NCBI GenBank assembly: GCA_047495785.1
Contig: JBLDXI010000029.1
Location: forward strand, 3,782,001 to 3,846,000
Direction of reading: 5' to 3'
DNA: 64,000 nucleotides
Source of the DNA: Lepidodermella squamata
Taxonomy: Eukaryota; Animalia; Gastrotricha
The notes under the pieces are model-generated. The model had not been told where the DNA came from. It ran no database searches and worked only from the letters and a program-made list of their open reading frames with translations. Positions 21,124-31,917 of this stretch are shown in pieces. The position numbers were made by a program, and so were the translations under genes. How positions within the stretch are numbered: position 1 is the first letter of the stretch; the number at the start of each line of letters is the position of its first letter.

Positions 21124-22976
21124 TCAGCAACCTTCCGCAGGGCAAGCTGTACAATAAAACAATTCAACATTTTTAGCCGCGGTCACATTATCGCGGTCAC
21201 ATACTGTTGTCGATTTCTGAAAGAAAACATAAGAATACTTGATATTCTCGAGTTGCTTTGAACTAACTTAGAAAGCAGTCAGGTCCAGTATAGCCTTTGT
21301 CGCACAAGCAGGTGTTTGGGGCGATGCAAGTGCCGCGTTGAAAGCATTTTTTCGGACAAGAAGCTAGGAAATGTATTTAAGCATGGATATTAGCGTGGCT
21401 CTCTATTCTCCATGGTTAGGATAAGCGTAATCGAGGCTTACGTGATTGACAGTCTGGAGCTAGCCAGTCAGATGTGCAACTGCATCGATTGGGCCGCACG
21501 CAAGTTCCGCCATTCGCGCAACCAGATGGGCAGATGGCTACGGTAAATTTAATTCTAGCTAAATCCTGACAAAGTGATTACGAGTGATTACGTGTATCGC
21601 AAAGCGAGCCAGTCCATCCAGGTCCACATGTGCAGATGTTGGAAGATTTACAAGAACCGCCTATCCCACAACTCGGAGTGCATGTGGCTTCAATAAAAGT
21701 AATGGCAAAATAAAACTACTGAATCAGTGTAAACACTGTTACATAAGAAAGTGCTCTTCTCAGTTGCTGTTTTTTTCTAGCATAACGAAATCTTCGACTT
21801 ACGTTTATCACATTTCCAGCCCGTCCAACCAGCCAGGCATGTGCATTGATAACCACCGATTTTGTTTAGGTCACCTGTACAGGTACCAGGAGCACAATTC
21901 GCCGGGCAGCTGATCTCTGAAAAGCCATTATAAGAATTTATTTAATAGCAGGCATTTGAAAATTGGAAATTGAAATCGAAAGATATCGGGTGAAAGTCAA
22001 TGTCAACCAATGTTTTTAGCCAGGGTGCGAAGTAGAAGGGTCATGAGATGTTGCGACACCTCTCTTCGTGGTGAAATCCTCCGGAAAGCTGAAAAAACCC
22101 TATAGTTTCTCCGGCTGGGCTCCAAAACACACGTCAGCTCCAGAACTCTACTTCGAACACTGTTTTTAGCTGTAAAAAGCAATTTACGGTTAATAAGCTG
22201 GCATTGCTGGCGGATAGTTGAAAGATGAGCAGCCGTCAGGGCTGCTTTGTAAAACGCGAGGCAAGCGTACTTGCTGTTGAACGAACCTGCGTAAGAATTG
22301 CCTGGACGCCTGCACAAAAAACCTTGCAAATAGCCAACGCCAGGAAAAAATCCTACCTGTAAGCGAGCGTGAGCGTCTGCGCTGTTACAACATTTGATAT
22401 TATTGGGACTGAACTGCTCAAGGACATGTTGCACATCACGTAATAACTCGACGCACTTGCATCATAGACATAAGCGACGAATTGCCACTTTGAAAAGTCG
22501 CATGGAATGTAATTATATGCTCTGTTATATGAATCGTCCCCAAATATCATGTTTGGTTGCATGTTGCTCCCGCTATTAGGGTTAAAGTTCCACAGCTTAG
22601 CTGTCATAGACGTTCCTGAGTAGAATTCATAAATTGCTGCACGATTCGGCACGTAGACGAAACCGGTGAATGTGAACGAGGACCCGCCAAAGTTGACAGC
22701 AGAGTTGTTAACTACTAACCAACTCGTTGTATCGGCCTTGTTCGTTTCATATGCAGTGTTCGGCAGGCCATCAGGGCCTTGGGTCAGCGATCCATTCGTT
22801 GAAGCAAACGTAGCGTGGACGTTGTTACCTGAAACATCCCTCAGTCCAAATAGGGCATTCAACGGCCAGTAAGCCACTGGGTTGGGCAAATTAGCTTGAT
22901 TATTCTTAAACTGTGCCACATACAACTGCGGAAGCACAGATGGCGTTGAACAAAGGACGAAAAACAACGTCAGCAT
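21124..22976 (-). CDS. Secreted LamG/pentraxin-like domain plus 4 EGF-like repeats, multi-exon, paralog A
   Basis: Signal peptide; [36 protein letters not shown]. One EGF per exon ([10 protein letters not shown].., [11 protein letters not shown].., [11 protein letters not shown].., [11 protein letters not shown]..); ends ..CPAEGC-stop. Confidence 0.8.
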
Positions 22977-23778
22977 AATTTTTCCGATCTAGGATTTATA
23001 TTTTCCCAGTGGCAAAATTCAGCAAAAATTCATCGATTGAGGCTTTGGTTATGCAGGCCCTGCCGCCTACATTTTCTAAAGTTTCGATTCGACTGGATGC
23101 CAGTCATTTACTTATATTTAGCCTCACTGACGAAGCTACTGTATACAGCCCAATTTTGATCGTAGCCCGAATTTTCGTTCAGGTATGAGAAGAAGGACAA
23201 AAAGAACCCAAGCGCGCATTTTTCACACTTCCTTCACACAGTATGTGATCTCCGTTCACTGCTTTCATCAGCTATAACTCACAGAAATCACGCACATGCG
23301 GGTGACGCAAATAAACGAATGTGCAAATTTGCAGCAGTTGTACGTGATTTCGATTGAGTCATTGATCGATAATGCCCGCATCTACCTATATTTCCTAGAG
23401 TTTGGATCCAACTTGGCGCCAATCGTTTATATTGAGCTTGACTTATTGAGGTACTAAATACAGTATATTGTTACAATCCGCATCGAAAAAAACAAAGTAA
23501 AATTGCATGCCTTTTTGATATCGATAAGCGGTTACTCCATTAAGAAGCCTTATTCTAATTGCCGTTAAATCGATAGGATTTAAAACCACTGAAAATAGCG
23601 CGATTCTCCAAGTTGTTTATTGGCTAACCATACGTCCAATTGTTTAAAGCTATCGTATCACGTTTCTGTTCAACAATGTTTTGCGTATTTTGACTGTCCG
23701 ATTCTGAAATATTCCAATCTCGGAGGATCATAACTAAGCTAGAAAATGAAGGCCGTAGATCAAGGTCACGGTTCCAGC
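22610..23778. repeat. Segmental duplication block (other copies at about 29446-30128 and 30897-32072)
   Basis: Colinear high identity over LamG exon 1, its upstream region and the RTK last exon (23630-23778 matches 31925-32072). Confidence 0.85.
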
Positions 23779-24199
23779 GAGAGATGGCTCCAAGAGCTGG
23801 GCCATGTAGTCGAGCATGAAGAACATCAGTCAGCAGAAGCGGTGAGAATGAAAGGCTAACACAAGATGAGATGAGTAGTGAGCCTTATCAAAGATTGATA
23901 TAAATAAAGACTAATCGCTCCAATTTGCATTGGCGTTGTTTGAGGGTGATTGGTATAATGGTACCACCTGCTCACAAGCGGGAGACGGGAGTGAAGCGCA
24001 TCTAAGGACGCGTGGAATTCCACAGCCCCGTTTTCGCCGCGCGGAATCCAAATTGTAGCATCGCCGAGGAAGTTTTCCCCGACGGCGGCATAACGTATCG
24101 CAGCTTCCAAGACGAGAATATTACTTTTGTCGCTCTTGGTAAGGATAGTACCCCCGGGTAGTCCAAGTGGGGGGTCGCCACCCATATGGCGTAGCAAAC

Positions 24200-24890
24200 G
24201 TACCACGTCCCGCTTCAAATTCACACCGCCTGGGGACATTGTCGCATATTGGCCAACCTGTCGTTGCAGCGAAGCGAATGGCCTTCATTGGCCTGGCCTG
24301 TGGGTCCTTCTTGTGGAGGAATGAGTGGGCATCGTGAACAATGAGATCGACGACCTTTCGGTCGAGGCCGGAGAGGAGGTGGCGGACTCGGTCAAGTGCC
24401 GTGTAGGCATTCAAGACCTGCAGCTGGTCCTAAGCACTCAGCAACTCATCGAACGTCGAGCGGGCGACGGTCGCCAGATGACAACGGAGCCTCGCCGGCA
24501 CCTGGAAAGTCTTGACTAGCTCCAGGAGGCGACCTTCTTCTTTCGGAGAAGGGCGGCCAAGAGCATCCGTTGGCCGCAGTGACGTACGGCGGACAAAAAG
24601 AAGCCCAACCGCTTCTGGGCCTCGCCGTGGTCCGGAGCTGGGGGAGCCACCACCGCGGTGTTGGCGGCTCGATAAAGCGCAAGAACCCCTTGAAGCTATA
24701 TTTGGAGATCGAGGAAAGGCGTCATTTCGGTCCATTTTGCTGGAGCTAAACAGCCTCTATTTGCACGCGCGAAGAATTTCAATCAGCATCGCCTCAATTC
24801 CATGCTGATCTTTTGATTGCCGCTGTTTAAACCAGACTGTAATTCCTCCACGCTCTTGAATTCCGTCTTGCGACAACCAACGAATTTAAT
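24200..24890 (-). mobile_element. GC-rich decayed coding remnant, possibly retroelement gag-like
   Basis: Broken frames (QKRLGFFLSAVRHC..; STFDELLSA*DQLQVLNAY..) with stops and frameshifts; no diagnostic motif. Confidence 0.25.
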
Positions 24891-25365
24891 CTATACCGTA
24901 CGAATGGAGAAGAGCAATAGGTGGCATGAATTCATTTCGTGATAATTACATTTGCTGGAGCATCCGGCTAATTACCCGATGGCGTTTATATTTCTATTTG
25001 CCTCTATCTTTCACATTGCACTCATGATATATAATTCAAACATAAAAGGGGATCAGAACATTTTCCTACATCGCCTTTGTTCGCATAACACAACAAAGTT
25101 CCCCGGCTATAGCGCATGTTGCATCAGCTGCGATGTTTTTTTACTGAAGATCGGGGGAGGAAGGGGAGGGGAGGGGGTAGAACACGTGGGAAAGTAGTCA
25201 CCCAGTAAAATCCACTGAAATTGGCGGAACTTTCCGATATTTTCCCTAAAGCGGTAAACATGTTTTGTCACGTACCGCCCAGCTCTCATTGCTTCAGCTG
25301 CACCACGCATGTTTTCTGTTTTCTCTGTCCTTAGTTAGTACAAGAGTTTTCGTACGAGAAACGCC

Positions 25366-25371
25366 TATAAA
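25366..25371 (+). promoter_or_regulatory. Candidate TATA box of the PAN/apple gene
   Basis: TATAAA about 70 nt upstream of ATG 25439. Confidence 0.4.
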
Positions 25372-25438
25372 TTACTGCGTAATTGTTCGATAAAACATTC
25401 TTCAAATTTGATATTCGTTTTCGTCATAAACTCAAGCT

Positions 25439-25848
25439 ATGTCTAACAAGCTCGCAGTCGTCTTAGCTCTGACGTTCGTGGCTGGCATTTGCTCAGCAGG
25501 TGAGCTATTTTTCATCGGGAAATATGGCCATGTTATTCAATGCGATTCTTGATTCGTGAAGGTTTCTCGGCTGTGACTGGCGATTGTCGATCACGTATGA
25601 ACAACACGAACATAGACATAAATCCACCCAATCTAATCGAGCTTATGACCCGCCCAGCTACTCTGATGGATGAGGAAGCCTGCAGAACCTTCTGCGTATT
25701 AAAATCAAAATGTAATGCCGTCACGTTCGCGACTTCCGTCGGCACAACCGATCGCAGGTGCTACCTGCTAACAGGGTGCTATTATGGTGGTATCGGGCCC
25801 GCGACGAATGGCACCAAGAACTGGATCCTACCATTCCGAGCCGTGTGA
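25439..25848 (+). CDS. Small secreted PAN/apple-domain protein, 2 exons
   Basis: Exon 1 (25439-25499) encodes MSNKLAVVLALTFVAGICSA; 62-nt intron; EEACRTFCVLKSKCNAVTF...RCYL PAN pattern; AATAAA at 25916. Confidence 0.75.
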
Positions 25849-26859
25849 GCGGTGAGAATGAAGGGCTAATGCCGTAAGATGAGATGAGTACTGAGCCTTA
25901 TCAGAGTTTGATTTAAATAAAGATTAATAGGTCCAATGGCGTTGGCGTTATTTAGACTAAATTAGTCCCATTTTCGCATGTCAAAGGGAAGAGTCATGCC
26001 AAGAAAAAGTAAACACTTGCGGGGTGAAACCCTGATAGCCCATAGGAGACTCATAGGTTCTGTTGGCAACAGGTAGGGTACTTCGGATCCACTCCGAACT
26101 TGTGAGCTGTGGAAGACGGGCCGGACCGTGAAGGGACAGTTCTACCGGGAGAGCAATATAACTGCTTTCTCAAAATCACACAGCGCAACCGACTGCATTA
26201 GCTTCAGAAAAAATCAGGATAACTTGGAGCTAGTATCGCTCTATTACTAGCGGGGCCTTTCGCTAGGGAGCTGACTTGGAATGGTGCCAGGAACAACGCC
26301 GCGCATACCAGATAAAAGATAAACCATTCCCGGCTTCTCTGGCTTCAGTGTTTTGACTCGGTTTACCTTCTTGGGTAACCTGTTTGGAACACTGCCAAGC
26401 TTTAGTGTAGCCGTTGATACACTCATTTTGAACCAGTTCCCGCATCCCGCTATTGAAAAATGCAGATAATAGCAAAGCCGTGATCAAAGGGGCGCCTAAT
26501 CAAAATCGGTCCTGCAACAAAAAGTCTGCGGTTAGAGCTTTCTTTATCGCTTCTTGGTCGAAAAATTACATTCTTCACTCTGAATTCATACTAATTTAAG
26601 GTACGCCCCTGCCTAATGTTAAAACGATAACTTACGGTTACTCAAGTCAATAGCTTCGTCGAAAATGAGATAGGACTCTGTTCCAGAAGCGGCTCTATGC
26701 CTAAAGATATCAATGTTCAACTTCTTAAAACCTGCTTTTGAAGTTGTGATATATTCGTAACCCAATATTCATGATCAGAATAAAAAGGAGTCCGTGTAGA
26801 CCACTTGTTATTTAGGAGCTCGAATCTGACTGTTTCACTCTCGTAAAATAAAAGTCGTA

Positions 26860-27092
26860 CCGTAGAGCGGTACAATTTTGAACAGGGTACAACTTTGAAC
26901 ATTTTTTCAAAAGTACAATTTTGAACGAACGTTTGCATTGAAAATTTCGTTAATGTTCAAAATTGTACTTCACACTCACGAAAGTACAATTTTGAACACT
27001 TTCATTTTTTTCAATGCAAACGTTCGTTCAAAATTGTACTTTTGAAAAAATGTTCAAAGTTGTACCCTGTTCAAAATTGTACCGCTCTACGG
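26860..27092. mobile_element. Palindromic Tc1/pogo-like MITE, 233 bp
   Basis: Perfect TIRs of about 85 bp starting CCGTAGAGCGGTACAATTTTGAAC, TA on both sides, internal GTACAATTTTGAAC repeats. Confidence 0.85.
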
Positions 27093-27979
27093 TATAGCAA
27101 AATCAATCGAAACTTTATTAATTCGAAAGAAGATATTCCATGTGTATATGGATGTATAAGGATCTTCGGTTATTTCATCTCAACTAGGCGCATTATAGCA
27201 TAATTATCTCCATTTAGTATATTGTTTTGTTCAAAACCAGTGATAATTCGCGCACTAATCTGGTTTCCGAAACCATTTCGTAGTCGGAAGCTTCAAAATC
27301 CCATCAATGATTTGGTTTGCGGTTGTTATAAGTGCCCCGTGCTTCAGTTTTTAATCTCGATTCGGTACTAAATACCGGCAATGACGTGACAAAGTACCGG
27401 CATTTTCTAACCGCAAAAATGTCGGTACAAAATAACGAAACTTAGTGTCGATACGAAATACCGACACTTAGTTACGACCGCAACGGTACTTTTGCCGTAA
27501 TTTGGGCAGTTAAAGTGTTAATATGCTTTGTCTGGCAAAGACACACGATAGGTCGCAGGCTTGAAACGATACATCGGCGTCTTTTTTACCTTCATGCTGG
27601 AAACATGACCTCTAAGACCGTCATTTTCCGACTTTGGGCTATTTCAGAACCCTAATGTCAAAGAAATGTAAGCTAATTTATACAGACTATTTTGCTGAGT
27701 AATGTTTGAACACCACCATATAAACGTCAAACTGAAACATTAAAATCACAAAATGCACACAATAGAAATTACTGTCAAAAATAGCGAAAAGAAACAATAT
27801 CCGATTCTGTTCCGCACTAGTGCGGAATGGGTGCGGAACATGGCACCGGATAATTTGCGAATGAAATTGAAACAACCAATGCCACATGTATAGGACATCA
27901 ACGAGATGATCACTTTGTATACCTAATTGGTCTTAATTTTAAGCGTAGGCTGTTCCAGATAAAATTCGGGCTAGTTACC

Positions 27980-29128
27980 TTAGATACTCCTTTTAGCGGT
28001 GTCGATCGCTATCGAATTTATAGCAATTAGGAATAGGCTTCCAATAGCGATTGCAAGTATATCGACGAAGCGTAGGGCGCTTATCGATACAGAGAAGATC
28101 CGATAACTTGACTTTGCAATCGTTTCGTTCCAGCGGGCGATGCAGATTGTGACCAGAGTGTAAACGGTGTTCAACCAAGCGAATAAAGCGCAAAGATTGG
28201 TATAGGTCCTCAGGAAGCATCGATCAGGCTTGGGCGGTATCCATTGCAAAATTTCACTTTGCAGGAAAACGAATGCGAGGAGTAGGGTGACAGCAAAAAC
28301 TGGCCGGTCCGGCATTTTCGGCTCCATCATAATTGAGCCGATTTCTAGAGTCGATAGGAAAAAGCATGGCAGAATAAGCGCAACAACGTAAAAGTCCGGT
28401 CTACGCCGGAATTTGATGGAAAATACGGCATTGCCCCGGTCTCCACTGCAAGTGACCGCGTCAGTGTACGTCGAAGAGTTTGTAATCAGCCAATTGCTAC
28501 TTGGTGACATGAAGCCTCTAAGTATCTGTATTCCGTCCCTGATAACAAGCGTTGCTGCATTTCGGTTCTCCTGGAGGCAAAATTCGATACTGCAAGATTG
28601 CTCATCAAAAGGGAATTTCTCAAAGTCCATAGAGCAGGACGAAGAAAAAATGCCGTATTTTTGCCAACGAATTTGGAAAACCGAGGTGTTCATGTGGTAA
28701 AAAGCCAAAAAACGACTCGTAAATGTATCACCAGTCATCCCAAAATGGTCAATCGTGTTACTGTGGTAGATGCCAGGCGTCCAAAATTGATCTTCAGCTA
28801 ATTTGAGGGAATAATCGTCCAAACCAGGGTTGAAATCCCTGCAATTAATACGCCATTCGAGCATCAGAGACCCAGCTATAGTAAAAATTTCAGCTGGTTC
28901 ATCGATTCTGTGAAAACGGCTGGCGAAAAATTTTGCCGCGATTTGTGTCTGATCACAGATTCCCGTAATGTGGCCTGCTCTCGCACTTTCCACCTGTCCA
29001 TTCAAACAATCAGAGCTATAAACGTATTGCCTTACTGTAGGGCATGTTTCAAAAAATTTCTCAGCTGTCGAAAGATCCTTAGAAGCAGCAAATTTAACTA
29101 GAAAAATGATATACCAGTAAAATTCCAT
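27980..29128 (-). CDS. Intronless atypical Cys-loop channel subunit, copy 3 (inverted)
   Basis: 382-aa paralog of copies 1 and 2 with the same Cys-loop and four TM segments. Confidence 0.9.
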   Translation of the reverse strand: MEFYWYIIFLVKFAASKDLSTAEKFFETCPTVRQYVYSSDCLNGQVESARAGHITGICDQTQIAAKFFASRFHRIDEPAEIFTIAGSLMLEWRINCRDFNPGLDDYSLKLAEDQFWTPGIYHSNTIDHFGMTGDTFTSRFLAFYHMNTSVFQIRWQKYGIFSSSCSMDFEKFPFDEQSCSIEFCLQENRNAATLVIRDGIQILRGFMSPSSNWLITNSSTYTDAVTCSGDRGNAVFSIKFRRRPDFYVVALILPCFFLSTLEIGSIMMEPKMPDRPVFAVTLLLAFVFLQSEILQWIPPKPDRCFLRTYTNLCALFAWLNTVYTLVTICIARWNETIAKSSYRIFSVSISALRFVDILAIAIGSLFLIAINSIAIDTAKRSI

Positions 29129-29159
29129 TTTTGTGTTTAATCGTCAAGCTTTTAGAGCT

Positions 29160-29442
29160 TTATGGTTGTGACTCATTTGATGGTACAACTAAAGTTAGAA
29201 TATCAATATTTGCATGCGAAAGCACTTTCATCGCGATCCGGTAATACATGGTCGAATTATCAGGGTATTTCAACAACGATTCTTCAGAACGGAACTCCTC
29301 CGGCGTTGGATAAGTGTTGTGCATGACGTAAGCATGTTCTTTATCGACATCGAATTCCCAATTCACATCAGGTCGGCCGAGTTTGTATTCCTGCTTCCAC
29401 GAAGGATGACACCGCCGATCACAGCAGCATATGACCTGCAGC
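29160..29442 (-). pseudogene. Orphan copy of the 3' part of the GT32 last exon, frame still open
   Basis: RLQVICCCDRRCHPSWK...DILTLVVPSN is nearly identical to 14399-14692 and is joined to LamG 5' sequence at about 29445. Confidence 0.75.
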
Positions 29443-30128
29443 CTATTGAACAAAGGATGAAAACAACGGCAGCATAATTTCTCCAATATGTATCGATTTT
29501 GTATTTTCCCAGTGGCGAAAGTCAGCAAAAAAATGATTGATTGAGGCTTTGGTTATGCAGGCCCTGCCGCCTACATTTTCCAGAGATTCGATCTGACTAG
29601 ACGCCAATCATTTACTTATACTTAGCCTCACTGACGAAGGCACTGTGTGGAGCCTAATTTTCATTGTAGCCCAAATTTTCGTTCAGAGGTATGAGAGGAA
29701 GAACAAAAAGAACCCAAGCGCGCATTTTTCACACTTCCTTCACACAGTGTGTGATCTCCGTTCACTGCTTTCATTAGCTATAACTCACAGAGATCACGCA
29801 CATGCGGGTGACGCAAATAAACGTATGTGCAGATTTGCAGCAGTTGTACGTGATTTCGATTGAGCCAATGATCGATAATGCCCGCATCTACCTATGTTTC
29901 CTGGAGTTTCGATCCAACTTGGCGCCCATCTTTTATATTGAGCTGGACTTATTGAAGTACTAAATACAGTATAATTGTCACAATCCGCATCGAAAAAATC
30001 AAAGTAAAATTGCATGCCTTTTTGATATCGATAAGCGGTTACTCCATTAAGAAGCCTTATTCTAATTGCCGCTAAATCGATACGATTTAAAACCACTGAA
30101 AATAGCGATTCTCCAGGTTGTTTATTTG

Positions 30129-30895
30129 CAGTGTATTCGGTTTAAACTCAAACCAGTTTATACCGGTTTACACCGGTACCGGTTTTTCTTCAAACATGCA
30201 CATTCAAGGACTAGATGGTAAAAAAGCATAGAAAATGTGTCGTCCTAGCTCAAAGTGTTGACACCAGATGTAGTCACGAGATCAGGTATAGCATTATTTA
30301 TCATAGTCATCGCTAATTCTTGTTGTGAAGGGTCATTTGTCATGCAAGATTTTCAGGTATTCAAAAAAATTTAATTTTCAGAAAATTCAAAATCAATAAT
30401 TCATCATAAAATCGATAATCGATAATCCCAGTGAAGAAACTGATGCGCTCAGCGTGTTCAGCGCCTCAGATTACCCATGAAACCCAAATTTCTCTGCGAA
30501 ATTCGTTAAACTAAAGAAAATATCGCAAAATCAGGAGGGGTAAAGTTTGCACGGGGAATTCAATCCCTTTTTCAGAATTTTCATAGCTATCCTAGATCTG
30601 GAGATAATTACCATTTTTTTTAATTTTTATTGCTTTATTGCATCCAATAAATTTTGGATATTTTTTTCTTAATAATAGTCGAGTAAAACATAAAACTATG
30701 CAGTTTTTCGCGTGGATTAACGTGGTGCAGTCGAAATGTTGATGTGAGCTAAGGAATTTGAGCTGTTGGACTCTCTACTTGGCCAAATCCTATGTTTAGT
30801 AAAATTAATAAAAACCGGTGTTTTTTACCGGTATAAACTGGTTTAAACTGGTGGTCGGTTTTTTCAGAATAAAAACCGGTTGGTATAATACACTG
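30129..30895. mobile_element. Non-autonomous TIR element with hAT-like ends, 767 bp
   Basis: CAGTGTATT...AATACACTG termini with subterminal ACCGGT/AAACCAG motifs; no matching TSD. Confidence 0.7.
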
Positions 30896-30896
30896 G

Positions 30897-31267
30897 TCGT
30901 GCCTGAAGTAGAATTCATAAATCGGCGCTCAATTTGGCACATAGACGAAACCGGTGAATGTGAATGAGGACCCGCCAAAGTTTACTGCCGTCAACTACTA
31001 ACCAACTCGTCGTATCGGCCTTGTTCGTTTCATATGCAGTGTTCGCCAGGCCATCAGGGCCTTGGGTTATAGGGTTAGAACCCCAGCTGTTGAAGCGAAC
31101 GAAGCGTGAACGTCGTTCCCTGAAACATCCCTCAGTCCAAACAATGCATTCAACGGCCAGTAAGCCACTGGGCTGGGCAAATTAGCTTGATTATTCTTAA
31201 ACTGTGCCACATCAAACTGCGGAAGCACAGATGGCGTTGAACAAAGGATGAAAAATAGCGGCAGCAT
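30897..31267 (-). pseudogene. Truncated, frameshifted LamG-EGF exon 1 copy
   Basis: [29 protein letters not shown], then a frameshift and stop; cut off by the TIR element. Confidence 0.75.
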
Positions 31268-31917
31268 AATTTTTCCGATATGTATCGGATTTGTATTTTC
31301 CCAGTGGTAAAATTCAGCAAAAACTCCATCGATTGAGGCTGAGGTTATGCAGGCACCTGCCGCCTACATTTTCTGAAGTTTCGATTCGACTAGGCGCCAA
31401 TCATTTACTTATATTTAGCCTCACTGACGAAGCTACTGTATACAGCCTAATTTTGATCGTAGCCCAAATTTTCGTTCAGGTATGAGACAAAGAACAAAAA
31501 GAACCTAAGCGCGCATTTTCACACTTCCTTCACACATTTATGTGATCTCCGTTTACTTTCATCAGTTATAACCCACAGAGATCACGCACATGCGGGTGAC
31601 GCAAATAAACGAATGTGCAGGTTTGCAGCAGTTGTACGTGATATCGATCGAGGCGTTGATCGATAATGCCTGCTTCTGGAGTTTCGATCCGACTTGGCGC
31701 CAATCGTTTATATTAAGCTGGACCTATCGATGTACTAAAAACAGTCTAGTCACAATCCGCATCAAAATAAAACAAAGAAAATTTGCAGGCCTTTTTGATA
31801 TCGATAAGCGCCACGCGGGTTTGCGGTTATACTCTATCAAGAAGCCTTATTCTAATTGCTGCTAAATCGATATGATTTGAAACCACTGAAAATAGCGATT
31901 TCCAGGTTTTCTATTGG

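Noticed and set aside
23120-23190. Possible hammerhead ribozyme (CTGACGA..CGAA), present in three duplicated copies
   Set aside because: No GAAA core or stem III, and the CGAA is not kept in the other copies; conservation is explained by recent duplication.
27360-27521. piggyBac-like end (..GGCAGTTAAAGTGTTAA) with CGGTAC repeats
   Set aside because: No matching opposite terminus was found.
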